From the NCBI GenBank assembly GCA_963733035.1, contig CAVTBU010000005.1, positions 672,001-736,000 of the forward strand: a DNA stretch of 64,000 nucleotides, in the 5' to 3' direction. Positions 53,540 through 64,000 of this stretch are shown here, piece by piece (the stretch's first letter is position 1; each line of letters starts with the position of its first letter). Source of the stretch: Pirellulales bacterium. GTDB taxonomy: Bacteria > Planctomycetota > Planctomycetia > Pirellulales > PALSA-1355. Under the pieces are notes generated by a model. That model saw only the letters and a program-made list of their open reading frames with translations, had not been told where the DNA came from and searched no databases. A program made the translations under genes and the position numbers.

Positions 53540-53785
53540 TCTTTCGGCGGTCGCTTTGCCGCTCGGTTTCGTGCCGGTCGTCCCAGCCGCCATTCGGTGT
53601 ACAAGAAGATCCTCAACTTGCGAGCTCGTGATTTTCGAGCGAATCCTTCCAGTCGGCACGTGATGCCGTTCGATTAAGTCTATACGGAGACTGGACTTAA
53701 GATCGACTTTTCCGGTTAGGCAAGCTCGGCAAAGCCACTTCCGGCCGAGGCCACGGTTTCGTTCTTTAGGGCGATGGAGCGCTTC

Positions 53786-55054
53786 ATGAAGCTGCGTCGA
53801 ATTCTTGCCTGTTCGGGTCTGCTACTGCTGCTGGTTGGCCCCACGTTGGTCCGCGCCGATGGCCTAATTCTGGACGGCGTCGGCCCAATCTCGAGCGGTC
53901 GTGGCGGTACGAATCAGGCTTTTTCCGACAACGCTGCGATCATCCTCGACAACCCGGCCGGCATGATGAACGTCGCTGGCAACGGCTTGGCCGAAGCGGG
54001 CGTCGATACCGTGATTCCCGTCGTCAACTACTCCGACCCGTACAATGATGTCCAAAGCAAGATTCGCCCGCTGCCGGTTCCGAACCTGGGCTTGATCCGA
54101 AAAAGCGCCGACGGACAGTGGGCCTGGGGCATCGGTGCATTCATGCCAGCGGGCTTCGGAGCGAGCTACGGTGTGCTAAACAATCCCGTCACGGGATCCA
54201 ACCTGCTTCGGTCGCAAGGCGGCCAGGCGAGGTTGTTGCCCGCCCTGAGCTTTCGTGCGACCGAACGTCTCTCACTGGGGATCTCCGTGGGAGTTGGGCT
54301 CAGCTATGCTTCGCTCGACGGCCCGTTGTACTTGCAGTCCGGGGCACTGGCTGGCGCGCCCTCGATTATCGACGTCGAGGGGACAGGTGTCGCGCCGATC
54401 GGTTCGGTCGGCATGCAATACCAGTTGACCGAGAAGACAAGGATCGGTGCCACGTACACCGAACAAGCCAACTATTGGTGCCATGGCGGAAGCAACGCGA
54501 CGATTATCACGGGCTTGGGCCCTCTGCAAAGCCACTTCAATAGCCAATTCAGGATCCAATGGCCGCGAAGCGTAGCCTTCGGTCTGAAGCACGACTTTTG
54601 CCCACATCGCCACTTCTCGGCCGATGTGATTTGGTACGACTGGGCACACGCATTCAACAACATTCAACTGTTATTCTACGACGCGACGAACCCGTTGCTC
54701 GCCGGCCAGATTAGCCAGACGCTGCCGCTAAACTGGACCGATAGCGTTTCGATGCGGCTGGGATACCAGACGGAGTTTACGGAAGTCGATACCTTCCGCT
54801 GCGGCTATGTTTATCACTCCAGCCCTTCGCCAAACTCGACGTTGAATCCCTACATTGACGGCATCCTGCAGAATGCATTCAGCTTGGGCTATAGCCGCAC
54901 TTTCTCCCGCGCAATCTTCAACGTGGCATACCAATATCACTTCAGCAATACCCGCCACGTTGTCAACAGCGGGTTGATCGGCGGGCAATTTGATAATACG
55001 ACCATGCGAGCTCAAGCACATTTCGCGATGCTGAGCTTGCTGGTGCCGTATTAG
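53786..55054 (+). CDS. FadL/OmpP1/TodX-family outer-membrane channel for hydrophobic compounds
   Basis: Signal peptide; G..SSGRGGT, NPAGM hatch motif, WGIGAFMPAGFGASY, PALSFR.TERLSLG, DVIWYDW, WTD...RLG, GYVY. Confidence 0.8.
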   Translation: MKLRRILACSGLLLLLVGPTLVRADGLILDGVGPISSGRGGTNQAFSDNAAIILDNPAGMMNVAGNGLAEAGVDTVIPVVNYSDPYNDVQSKIRPLPVPNLGLIRKSADGQWAWGIGAFMPAGFGASYGVLNNPVTGSNLLRSQGGQARLLPALSFRATERLSLGISVGVGLSYASLDGPLYLQSGALAGAPSIIDVEGTGVAPIGSVGMQYQLTEKTRIGATYTEQANYWCHGGSNATIITGLGPLQSHFNSQFRIQWPRSVAFGLKHDFCPHRHFSADVIWYDWAHAFNNIQLLFYDATNPLLAGQISQTLPLNWTDSVSMRLGYQTEFTEVDTFRCGYVYHSSPSPNSTLNPYIDGILQNAFSLGYSRTFSRAIFNVAYQYHFSNTRHVVNSGLIGGQFDNTTMRAQAHFAMLSLLVPY

Positions 55055-55124
55055 TCGCCACTCACCCGAAGCGGCGGCGCAAGAGATTGAGGCGACGGCC
55101 CCAATAGTGCGACGTTTTGGCGTA

Positions 55125-55655
55125 CTATTGCGACGCAGCCCCCGTCGGCTCTGCCTGGCAAGGATCGCCCGATGGTTCTAGCGGCTCGCTGTCAGGAGAC
55201 CGATTTAGTCGGGTAAACTCGATCGCGTATACGTCGTATTCGAACGAGTACGTTATCGATGTTCTGGTTGCCGTCACGCTGATCGGCAGCGGAAATATTG
55301 CCTCCCAGACAAAGTACGGCAATAAAAAGAACACGAGACCGCCGGACCGGATGACGTTCAACAGGGGGCCGCGGTAGCAAATCAGGAGCACGCCGTAGAG
55401 AACAACGGCTGCGGCCAAAGCGATCACGACGCCCCATCGCCGCAGCTGACGTTGACGGGACATGAGTTCATAACAAGTCGTGCAGGCTGGCACCTGAATG
55501 GTTCGAGCGGCAGGCTTTCTAAAAAGCCAACGCCAATTGGCGTCGGGGCTTGCTGACAGTTCCAATGAATCGCCGGGGCCTTGATGGCCACAGAGGATGC
55601 AACGATCCGGAAAACGCGCATTTCGGGTTACATCCAGCGTCACGCTTGTACTCAT
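55125..55655 (-). CDS. Hypothetical membrane protein with CxxC...CxxC and two TMs (paralog A)
   Basis: FPDRCILCG, VPACTTC, 2 TM, YSFEYDVYAIEFTRLN. Confidence 0.6.
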   Translation of the reverse strand: MSTSVTLDVTRNARFPDRCILCGHQGPGDSLELSASPDANWRWLFRKPAARTIQVPACTTCYELMSRQRQLRRWGVVIALAAAVVLYGVLLICYRGPLLNVIRSGGLVFFLLPYFVWEAIFPLPISVTATRTSITYSFEYDVYAIEFTRLNRSPDSEPLEPSGDPCQAEPTGAASQ

Positions 55656-55739
55656 CACCTCCGTACGCCTTCCTTCCCTGCCCCATCACTCGCTGCCGTG
55701 CCACGGACCGCTCGAGGGCGAGTCCAAACTCGAATGGCT

Positions 55740-56234
55740 CTACTGGTCGCCGCTGGGCGGCAGGGTGGAATGCGCCTGCACGCCATTTAGTTCCGCAAAC
55801 TCCTCGGCATAGTCGTGATTCTCAAAATCGAACCGGAGACCGTCGCCCAGGATGACCAAATTCAGCGGCCTGGGGTGCTGCATCTCCCACAGAATATAGG
55901 GGAGTGCGCCGATCGCGCCGGCGAGCGCCAACAGCTTGTACTCCCTCATTACTTCCCTGCCAATCATATCACTCAGAAAGACGAAGGTAGCCGCCATGCA
56001 GGCCAAAAGCGCGAACCGTCGGCGGTAAGTGATCCATTTCAATCGACGATCACATGCGTCACAGCCAGGCAATTTGATCCAACAAAATGGCCAAAAACTC
56101 GATAAAATGGGGGCGGTGGAATCAAAGGCCACCGTGCGCAACTTCAATTGATCGACGGGCTCATCTAGGCCGCAAATTGGGCACCAATCCGGAAATCCGG
56201 GTCGTTCCGTTTTTGATACTTTGACGTAGCGCAT
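55740..56234 (-). CDS. Hypothetical membrane protein with CxxC...CxxC and two TMs (paralog B)
   Basis: FPDWCPICG, LPGCDAC, 2 TM, FDFENHDYAEEFAELN. Confidence 0.6.
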   Translation of the reverse strand: MRYVKVSKTERPGFPDWCPICGLDEPVDQLKLRTVAFDSTAPILSSFWPFCWIKLPGCDACDRRLKWITYRRRFALLACMAATFVFLSDMIGREVMREYKLLALAGAIGALPYILWEMQHPRPLNLVILGDGLRFDFENHDYAEEFAELNGVQAHSTLPPSGDQ

Positions 56235-56339
56235 GGCCAGCGCTCCCAAGCAAGTGAATGCGCACAACGACATCCACCACTATAGTGCACGCGGAACTAC
56301 CCACAAGAGGTATTCTCGGGCCGTGGCAGTTGCCCGCAA

Positions 56340-56627
56340 CTACTTGGTTCCGTCGCGCATCGCTTGGACGATTCGCAGCCGGGCCGTATCGGACAAACCG
56401 GACTGTTCATCGAAGCGTTCCACATGGGCAGCCAAGGCGCGCGACATCCGCCGCAGAAAGTTGAGTTGCCGGTTGAAATGCCGGCAGCTGTGGCACACCA
56501 GCAGGTGTCCTGCCAATGCCAGCTGATCCACCAAGGGCAATCGCTCGTCCATGCGGCGTGAACTCAATTCAGCCGCCGACTGGCAAGAGCATGCCAAGAC
56601 GTGTTTCACCCGCTCCCAACGCCGCAT
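56340..56627 (-). CDS. zf-HC2 zinc-finger anti-sigma factor (soluble)
   Basis: SCQSAAELSS...HLLVCHSC (HxxxCxxC) directly downstream of an ECF sigma gene. Confidence 0.8.
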   Translation of the reverse strand: MRRWERVKHVLACSCQSAAELSSRRMDERLPLVDQLALAGHLLVCHSCRHFNRQLNFLRRMSRALAAHVERFDEQSGLSDTARLRIVQAMRDGTK

Positions 56628-56640
56628 GACGCTCCTCGGC

Positions 56641-57273
56641 TCAGGTTTCGCCTTCGTTGCCAAACCAACGCTTTTCCAAGCACGCCCGCAAAAGTTGGCG
56701 AGCCCTAAATAATCTCACGCGCACATTGCCAGCACTTAGCGCGAGCGACTTCTGCAATTCGTTTGCATCCATCCCCTCCAGTTCACGCAACACGAACGCG
56801 CTGGCGAGTGCCCGTGGCAATCGCGCGAGGCACCCGTCCAGGACGCGCCAGAACTCTCGATCTTCCACGATCCGCGACGGTGTTTTCCAACTGGCCACCG
56901 CGTTTCGCCACGCACCCTCGGCCGTAAACCACTCGGAAGCATCCACGCCGCCAGGCGAATCGATGTCGCCGCGCGCACGGGCCGCGGACACTTTCCGATA
57001 GTGGTCCACGATCTTACGACGCAGGATCGAGACGAGCCAGGTGCGAACGCTGGACTGCCCGCGAAAGGGTTCCCGCGCGCTCATTGCCGCGAGGAACGTT
57101 TCTTGCACGAGGTCTTCGGCGGTCTCTCGCCTACCAACTCGCATCCTCGCGAAGCGATACAGCGCGTCACCATGTTCGCCCAGCCAGTCTTCTGCCCGCT
57201 CCAACGTCTCGGGGGCGTCAGCACGGACAGCGACATTTGGGCGCCCCTTGGAATCCGACTGTGAACGATTCAT
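56641..57273 (-). CDS. ECF sigma-70 factor
   Basis: HGDALYRFA, AEDLVQETFLAA, SSVRTWLVSILRRK, CLARLP, FVLRELEG, VRLFRAR..LR.CL. Confidence 0.9.
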   Translation of the reverse strand: MNRSQSDSKGRPNVAVRADAPETLERAEDWLGEHGDALYRFARMRVGRRETAEDLVQETFLAAMSAREPFRGQSSVRTWLVSILRRKIVDHYRKVSAARARGDIDSPGGVDASEWFTAEGAWRNAVASWKTPSRIVEDREFWRVLDGCLARLPRALASAFVLRELEGMDANELQKSLALSAGNVRVRLFRARQLLRACLEKRWFGNEGET

Positions 57274-57353
57274 ACCGAAACTTGTCTCCTCATCTGCAAA
57301 TCGTCGTCTCATTCGCAAGGCCCGTCAAGCTGGAAAAACTTTCGTCGGAAGGT

Positions 57354-57383
57354 TGTAACGTTTGACTTTGTCGTTCGACTAAC
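57354..57383 (+). promoter_or_regulatory. Candidate ECF sigma promoter, copy 2 (TGTAACG-N15-CGACTAAC)
   Basis: Lies in the divergent intergenic region beside the ECF gene and points at the spondin gene; identical to the motif at 43239. Confidence 0.55.
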
Positions 57384-57658
57384 TCCCCAACATAACTTCC
57401 AACGCCGCCCGCATTGCCAGTCGGCGTCCAACGGCCCGCGACAGCACAATGAAACCTCTGGAAGCGCCAGTGACCTGAGAATCTCGCCCCGATACGTCGT
57501 TTGGAACAAGACGCATCGTCCGAAGCCGCCCGCGAAGTCCCTCATTCTTCGCTTCGAGCTGCCGCCATCCCTGCGAGTATTCGTGCTTGGCGTGCGCGCC
57601 GGCGGTTCGCTTCACCGCTGTTAACATTCATCAACTTCGACCTGAGGAGCATCACGAA

Positions 57659-58480
57659 ATGTCGCCCCGATCTCTTAAAACCGCGCTGCGCAGCCTGTTG
57701 CTCGCCGGCGTTGCCTGCGTGTCCGCGACCGCCTTGGCCACGGATCTGCAAATCACAATCACGAACCAGAATCCCGCCGGCGGCTTCGCTTTTTCAGGTG
57801 TGTGGTTAGGCATTCATAGCGGCTCGTTCGATAACTTCGATTCCGGCAGTGCGGCCAACGGCGACGTTGAAGCCGCCGCGGAACTGGCTGACTTGGGCCC
57901 CGTTTCGACGACGTTCACGGGTCAAGGACCTCAAACGGTGCTGGCACCGGGTGGCCCTTATGCTCCGGGCGCAACCGCGACGACGACGATTAGCGTTCCA
58001 TCACCCGCGACGACACGCTTCGTGAGCTACCTGGCAATGGTTGTTCCATCGAACGACATGTTTTTTGGCAACGACGATCCACAGGCAGTGGAACTGTTTG
58101 ACGCCGGCGGAACTTTCCTCGGACCGACGACAATCAACGTCTTTGGTGGAAACGTGTGGGACGCCGGAACCGAAGTAAACAACGCTAACGACGGGGCTGC
58201 ATTCCTCGTCGGTCAGGACGCCACACTCGGCACGGATGAAAATGGCACCGTCGGCCTGTTTCTTGATCGTCCCGACGCGGCTACCTACCTGGCCAGCATC
58301 CTTGGGAAAACTACACCCGCGGGCTACGACATCAGTGAATTGATTAGCGCCCAAGGTTTGATCGCCACGATTCAAATTCAGGAGGTTCCCGAGCCCGACG
58401 CTTTGGCCCTGGCCGGCGTCGGCGCGGCGGCGTTGGTGCTTACCGGACGACGTCGACACGGTCGACGTCGCCCACGCTAG
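57659..58480 (+). CDS. Spondin-domain protein with PEP-CTERM sorting signal
   Basis: GAGGAG RBS; signal peptide; ITITN, H.GSFD.F, AE, AMVVPSNDMF, WDAGTEVN; C-terminal VPEP + hydrophobic segment + RRR. Confidence 0.8.
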   Translation: MSPRSLKTALRSLLLAGVACVSATALATDLQITITNQNPAGGFAFSGVWLGIHSGSFDNFDSGSAANGDVEAAAELADLGPVSTTFTGQGPQTVLAPGGPYAPGATATTTISVPSPATTRFVSYLAMVVPSNDMFFGNDDPQAVELFDAGGTFLGPTTINVFGGNVWDAGTEVNNANDGAAFLVGQDATLGTDENGTVGLFLDRPDAATYLASILGKTTPAGYDISELISAQGLIATIQIQEVPEPDALALAGVGAAALVLTGRRRHGRRRPR

Positions 58481-58549
58481 CGGAAATTCGTCAAAGAGGC
58501 AGAAGCGGCCCGTGCGGAACGACACCGGGCGTCTGGGCCGGCACTTGGC

Positions 58550-60954
58550 TCAGGCGCCCGGTTGCCGGCGCGAGACCCCAAGCGCTCGGTACGTCAGCAG
58601 CTTGGCAAAATCGTTGACCACGAACCACGCCAGGGCATATCCCCATACGACGAACGCCCATCCCCAACCGATGGGATTCATCAATCGGAATCCATACACG
58701 GCAATCAGAGTCGCCAGCAGCTGCGTGGTGAGCACGGCCGAAAGCAGGGCCTTCGACGGGGCGAATGACCAAAACGGCCCACGCGTACGCGTCAGGAAGA
58801 TTGTCAGGTGCCCGGCCACGGAGAGCTTCAGGTACATCAGCGTCTGAATCGTATCGCGGTCGAGTTTGAATACCTGTTCGCCCAGGTAGAACAAGCCGAA
58901 CGACGCGAACACGCCAAAGATTCCCAGCACCGTGGCCAGCGACAATACGCGTCGCATATCCCAGGCTTCCGGTCGATTCGCATACAGCACATGATCGTAG
59001 GCGATCGAGAGGATTGCTCCGTCATTCAAGAGTGCCAACAAGACGATCATAACCGCCGTTACGGGATAAAAGTTGAACGCGATTATCGACAGCGTCATGA
59101 ACAGCAGCACCCGGACCGTCTCGGCGATCCGGTAGATCGCGTAGCTGTTCATCCTCTGAAAGATTTTGCGGCTTTCCTTGATCGCATCGATGATCACCGA
59201 CAGACCCGGCGTCAACAGCACGATGTCGGCGGCCGCTCGCGCCGCGTCCGTCGCTCCCGAGACAGCAATGCCGGCATCGGCCTTTTTGAGGGCGGGCGCA
59301 TCGTTCACGCCGTCACCGGTCATGCCCACAATGTGCTCGCGTCCTTGCAACAATTCGACGATCCGATACTTGTGCTCGGGAAACACTTGGGCAAATCCAT
59401 CGGCGGCTTCGATCGCCTGGACCATGTCGCTGTCGCTTTTGTTTGAATCGCTGAAAAGCCGTGCATCGAGAATGTCGGTTCCGAGACCGATTTGCCTGGC
59501 AATCTCTTTGCCAATGGCGACCTGGTCGCCGGTGACCATCTTCACATCGACGCCCATGCCGCGGGCGGTGGCAATCGTGGCGGCTGAGTCGTCGCGTGGC
59601 GGATCGAAAAGCGGCAAGACTCCGAGGAACCGCCAGGGACCGTTGCCGTCGCGCCGCGCTACACCCAGTGAGCGAAATCCTCGCTTGGCAAAATCATCCA
59701 CCGCCTGTTCGACGGTTGGTCGCACCTGATCGGCGTTGGAAACCAACTCGGTAATGACCTGCGGTGCGCCCTTGGTGACCTGAAAGCTCTCGCCACCGGG
59801 TCCACGAATCGCGGCTTCGGTTCGCTTGCTCACCGGGTCGAATGGCTGGTAATGCGCAACTTGATACGCGTCGAGCTTCGCGGCAGCCGGCAAGGCCGCC
59901 AGAACGGCATTGTCGATCGGATCGTCGTCTTCCGACCGCGATGCCAACGCGGCACTCACGACAACGTCGCCGGGAAGAACTCCATCGAGCGTAAAAGGAT
60001 CCGCGAGCGCAAGTTGATTCTTCGTCAGCGTGCCAGTTTTGTCGGAGCAGAGCAGGTCCATCCCTGCCAACTCCTCGATCGATACCAACCGGCTTACGAT
60101 TGCTTGGCGCTGCGCCAACTTTCGAGCACCCACGGCCATCGTCACCGAAAGGACCGTGGGCATGGCCACCGGAATGGCCGCAACGGTGAGGACCAGCGCG
60201 AATTGAAAGGTCTCGAGCATGGGGTCGCCGCGCCAGAAGGCCACGGCAAGAATCAATGTGACGAGCGCCACGGCAATCACAATCAGGTAATTGCCGATCT
60301 TCAGCACGGCTTTCTGGAAGTGGCTTACGGTATGGGCAGCCGCCACGAGGCTGGCTGTCTTGCCGAAATAAGTGTGCACGCCAGTTCCGGTCACAACCGC
60401 GTCAGCTTCTCCCTGGCGAACGATCGAGCCGGAATAAACCGTTTCGCCCTGCTTACGCGTGACGGGGAGTGATTCGCCCGTGAGTGCGGACTGATCGACT
60501 TCCAGCGGATCTCCGGGCGCAGCGCGGCGTCGGCGGGCACGATATCGCCCAGCCGCAGTCGCACGAGGTCATCGGGCACCAGCTCTCGTGAGGCGATTTG
60601 GATCCATCGGCCGCCGCGTTTGACGCGTGCCTTGAGGGCCAGGCGTTCTTTCAACGCCGCAATCGCATTGCCGGCCTGAAATTCTTCCCAGGCACCGACG
60701 ACGGCATTAGCCACGAGCAACAGCAGGATAATGGCGAAGTCGTCCCAATGTTCGACGATCGCCGAAAGCACCAGGGCCGCCTCGATCATCCACGGAATCG
60801 GCCCCCAGAAGTAGCCTAGGAATTTAAGAAGCGGATTGTCCTTTTTCTCCGCCAGTTCGTTATATCCCCAGCGCTCGAGTCGCTCGGTCACTTCGCTGTC
60901 CGTGAGTCCGCCGGACGAAACCCCACTGGTAACATCGACGTCCTGGGCATGCAT
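58550..60954 (-). CDS. Plasma-membrane-type proton-efflux P-type ATPase (type IIIA), frameshift near 60515
   Basis: FWGPIPWMIE, GDIVPAD, DQSALTGES (shifted frame), IPVAMPTV, CSDKTGTLT, PFDP.SKRT, KGAP, DPPR, TGDGVNDAPALK, LLNDG...SIAYD. Confidence 0.9.
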
Positions 60955-61251
60955 CGCAGCTCTCCATGGGGTGCCGGTGAGTGCCACACGTCATTTTTAA
61001 CGAATGTGGGCGATCGGAAAAGGCCAGGACTAAACTGCTCGCTCGATTGAATTCCCGCCGGAATAGCGACGGAAGTCTTCGAAATGCTTTGCAAACGGAG
61101 GTTTCATCCTGCTTCTGGCAGCGTGACGAGACCGCGCGGTGCTACTCAGGGAAAATAGGGGAGCGGTGTTTCCTGAATTTTCAGACAGCAATTCCGATAT
61201 CGTCGGAGCGCGCACAATGTCCAAGTTATCGACCCGAAATGCCTCAGGCAA

Positions 61252-62208
61252 TCACAAACCTTCGCGAGCGGCCTTCACCGGGTTGGTTAGCGTACCGACG
61301 CCTTCGATCTCGACCTCCACCTTGTCTCCCGGCTTGATTGCGCTAGTGCGACCGGAAGTACCCGTGAAAATCAGATCGCCCGGGTGCAGGGTGACATGGT
61401 GGCTGATGAAACTCACCAGTTCCGGCACGCTATGAATGAGTTGGCTGGTACGTTCCGCTTGTTTGACCTCGCCGTTGAGTTTGAGTTGCACGAGGAGGTC
61501 GTCATAGTTGAGGCCGCTGGCGATCAGGGGGCCCACCGGTCCAAACGTGTCGCTTCCTTTGGCCCGCCACCACTGCACGTCTCCTTTCTGCCAATCTCGC
61601 GCGTGAATGTCGTTTCCGCAGGTGACACCCAAGATGCAGCGTTTCGCTTCGGCCTGGCTCACGTTTTTCGCTTCGCGGCCGATGACGATCACCAGCTCGG
61701 CCTCGTAGTGCACCTCCTTGGTGCCCGGCGGAATCACGATCGCCTCGCCATCGGCTATTAGGCAAGAGGGCGTCTTGAAGAAGACTTGCGGGACTTGAAA
61801 CTTCTTGGGAATCTCGCCCGGCTTTTCGGCGTCGACCGTGGTCTGGCTGTCGGTCTTCGTTTCGCCGGTTTTGGGATTGGTGGTTACTTTCGTGGTCGTG
61901 ACGATCGTGGTGACGAAGTCACCCGCGCCCAGATGGCTCTTGTAGCTGCCGGCCAGCGCGATCACCTGGCTCGGCCTTTCGACCGGTACCAACAGTTTGA
62001 CGCTTGAGAGGGGAAAGCTGCGTTCGCCGGCCTTCCATTCATCGAACAAGTCGCCGTCGATCTGGCGAATCTGGTCGCCTTCCACCACGCCGTAGGCCGT
62101 GGTGCCGCCGACTTGGAATCGCGCATAGCGCGTCACTTCACCTTGTGCGGCAGCTGCCGTTAGTGCGATGAACAACAAGCTGGAAGATGCCCAAAGTCGA
62201 TGATTCAT
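61252..62208 (-). CDS. Fumarylacetoacetate hydrolase family protein with predicted signal peptide
   Basis: P.VFFK, HYEAEL, GVTCGND..ARDWQ, WWRAKGSDTFGP, TLHPGDLIFTGT; hydrophobic N-terminus ending AAAQG. Confidence 0.85.
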   Translation of the reverse strand: MNHRLWASSSLLFIALTAAAAQGEVTRYARFQVGGTTAYGVVEGDQIRQIDGDLFDEWKAGERSFPLSSVKLLVPVERPSQVIALAGSYKSHLGAGDFVTTIVTTTKVTTNPKTGETKTDSQTTVDAEKPGEIPKKFQVPQVFFKTPSCLIADGEAIVIPPGTKEVHYEAELVIVIGREAKNVSQAEAKRCILGVTCGNDIHARDWQKGDVQWWRAKGSDTFGPVGPLIASGLNYDDLLVQLKLNGEVKQAERTSQLIHSVPELVSFISHHVTLHPGDLIFTGTSGRTSAIKPGDKVEVEIEGVGTLTNPVKAAREGL

Positions 62209-62302
62209 GGCGGATAGTCCTCGCGCGAAAAATGTTTCTTCGTGTCCTTATGTCGGCAAAGCAGGCGGCAACTATCTTACCCCGGGCGAATCGCCGCGTC
62301 TC

Positions 62303-62785
62303 TCACGACCACCGCGGCGCCGGCTTGTTTTTCCATTGCCAGATGATCCAGTCGACGTTTTTCGGCTCGCCGCCAAAATCCCGCAGCCGCGTCATGCACT
62401 GTCCACGATGATGCTGGGTGTGCAACGCGGCCTGGACGAGCGCATCGGAACTGCTCAAGACGCACGGCGGCTCGGGAATCCAGGGAATCAGAACTTGGCG
62501 AGAAAGGTCTTCCTCGCTCAACGACGCCAGGTACTCGCTCATTTGCCCGTGCAGCTGCTCGGCCCACCGCTTGAGTTGGTCGTAACCGGCCGGCGGGCCG
62601 TCAGGCGGCAGCCCGGCGTCCTCGCCCTTGAGAACCGACATGAAGCCTTGCTGGACGCCGAGAATGTGTTCAACCCGGCGCCGCAGCTCTTCGTGGTCGC
62701 GCGCGGGACCCTTGCCCCAGGCATGAAAGAACACTCCGTCCGCCCACTCACAGTACGCAAACAGGTTTCGCAAGAATTCCAGCAT
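62303..62785 (-). CDS. DinB/YfiT-like protein
   Basis: AGGAG RBS; Y..WAD, HIL, H.QHHRGQ. Confidence 0.75.
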   Translation of the reverse strand: MLEFLRNLFAYCEWADGVFFHAWGKGPARDHEELRRRVEHILGVQQGFMSVLKGEDAGLPPDGPPAGYDQLKRWAEQLHGQMSEYLASLSEEDLSRQVLIPWIPEPPCVLSSSDALVQAALHTQHHRGQCMTRLRDFGGEPKNVDWIIWQWKNKPAPRWS

Positions 62786-62986
62786 CGCAGCATCTCCTGG
62801 CCGATACCAAAGCCGATTTGTCTCCAAACGATTCTCGCAGAGTACCGGCACCGTCCAGTGGATTCAAGCAAAACGAGACGTTTAAGAGAACGCCGGGCGA
62901 GGAAGCGGCGTCGAGCAATGCGTGGCACGTTGGACTAGATTTTGCATCACAGCACCGGGCAGGTCCGTTGCGGCATGAAGTGCGAG

Positions 62987-63784
62987 TCAGGCATCGACAA
63001 CGTATTTAAGCCATGCGACCAGATTGGCCGATTCATTGGCGACGTTGTGCAGCAGGATTGGCCATACCAGGCTGCCGGTACGCGCACGCAACCAGGCGAA
63101 GACGAAACCTCCGAGCAGGGGAAGAAAACCGGCCATCCAATTCAGCGTTACCGTCCAATCCGAAGAGATGCCGACGGCGTGCACGGCGGCAAACAAGACC
63201 GACGTAGCGACCACGCCCAACCCCAGGTCGGCCCCCAAGACACGGCGCCGGGGCGGCGCGACTCGGTCAACGAGCGCCAGGAGAACGCCACGGTACATTA
63301 GCTCTTCGCTTAGCCCAGGAAGCGATAGTTGAAACACATGGTCTTCGAGGCTCGGTACAGCCGGACCAATCAAGAGCCAAAACAGCGGAAGCTCGATCAA
63401 CAAAACACCGCCCACCGCAATCACCGCGGGACGAATTGAGCCCGGGCGCTGCTCTAGCGTCAGCCCCACTTCCTTCGGACTGACGAGACGAAACACGTAG
63501 ACGCAGGCAAGGCCCAGCGCGAAACTCAGGATCTTTCCGCCCCAATTGTAGGCGAACCCTTCCGGGCGGATGAGCGGAATGGCCCGTGGCAGGGTGAGCA
63601 GCAGTTCGTCGGCAATGGCGATCGCGGCGAATGCAGTCAGCGCCGAAATTGCGCAACGTTGCCTGGCCGACCGCGCCGGCAGCACGAACAGTAAAGCAAT
63701 TGCCGTCAACACGGCTTGCAAGACAACGCTTGGGATCAGGAGTTCGATGGGAAATATCCCTCGTGTGGGCTTCGAGTTTTGCAA
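62987..63784 (-). CDS. CPBP (CAAX/Abi) family intramembrane glutamic endopeptidase
   Basis: Multiple TMs; EELMYRG, FAAVH, RTGSL..PILLH...N. Confidence 0.8.
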   Translation of the reverse strand: MQNSKPTRGIFPIELLIPSVVLQAVLTAIALLFVLPARSARQRCAISALTAFAAIAIADELLLTLPRAIPLIRPEGFAYNWGGKILSFALGLACVYVFRLVSPKEVGLTLEQRPGSIRPAVIAVGGVLLIELPLFWLLIGPAVPSLEDHVFQLSLPGLSEELMYRGVLLALVDRVAPPRRRVLGADLGLGVVATSVLFAAVHAVGISSDWTVTLNWMAGFLPLLGGFVFAWLRARTGSLVWPILLHNVANESANLVAWLKYVVDA

Positions 63785-64000
63785 TTCCAGCCGGCGGATC
63801 TTCCCATTTCATCAAACGCTTGAATTCCTAGCGCGGAAAACGATCTCAAATGCCAGGGTGGCGTTGACGCTCGATTCAGGCGGAAATCGAGTGGGTCGAT
63901 TCTGGTTGCTACCCGATCTTGTTGGACTTAGGGGCGGAATTCGGCAATGACGAAGCAACACTGGCAGGCGATAACGGCCAATACGCTCCACAGCAAAGTG

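Overview
GC-rich bacterial DNA, almost certainly from a planctomycete: it carries a PSCyt1/DUF1549/DUF1553 + DUF1501 pair, two BBP7-like beta-barrels and an LExRxML-type giant surface protein. At least eight genes have single-base frameshifts, which suggests uncorrected long-read or metagenome assembly errors. From left to right the window holds: lipid genes (ACP, YghO/bCerS-like GNAT, cardiolipin synthase); DUF1553/DUF1501, ThuA and UdgB; a PI-PLC-like gene next to myo-inositol oxygenase; a ~2,360-aa Calx-beta/Ig-repeat adhesin between two BBP7 barrels; tRNA-Ser(GCT); an SDR-FMO-SDR cluster; and a ~11.6-kb caa3 oxidase + Rieske/cytochrome b operon with a CtaG-4Fe4S fusion. The most striking locus (44.4-55.1 kb) encodes a catalytically degenerate DXS-like protein fused to a class I terpene-synthase-like domain. 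It is followed by a 6-TM double histidine kinase, a REC-kinase, ispH and a FadL-type channel, with a divergent tandem-PilZ gene. I interpret it as a candidate isoprenoid signal synthesis-and-sensing system; this is inference from motifs and gene order. The right end has an ECF sigma/zinc-finger anti-sigma pair, a spondin PEP-CTERM protein, a type IIIA H+-ATPase, and FAH, DinB and CPBP genes. An identical ECF-type promoter motif (TGTAACG-N15-CGACTAAC) occurs twice. All calls are by eye from motifs; no database searches were run.
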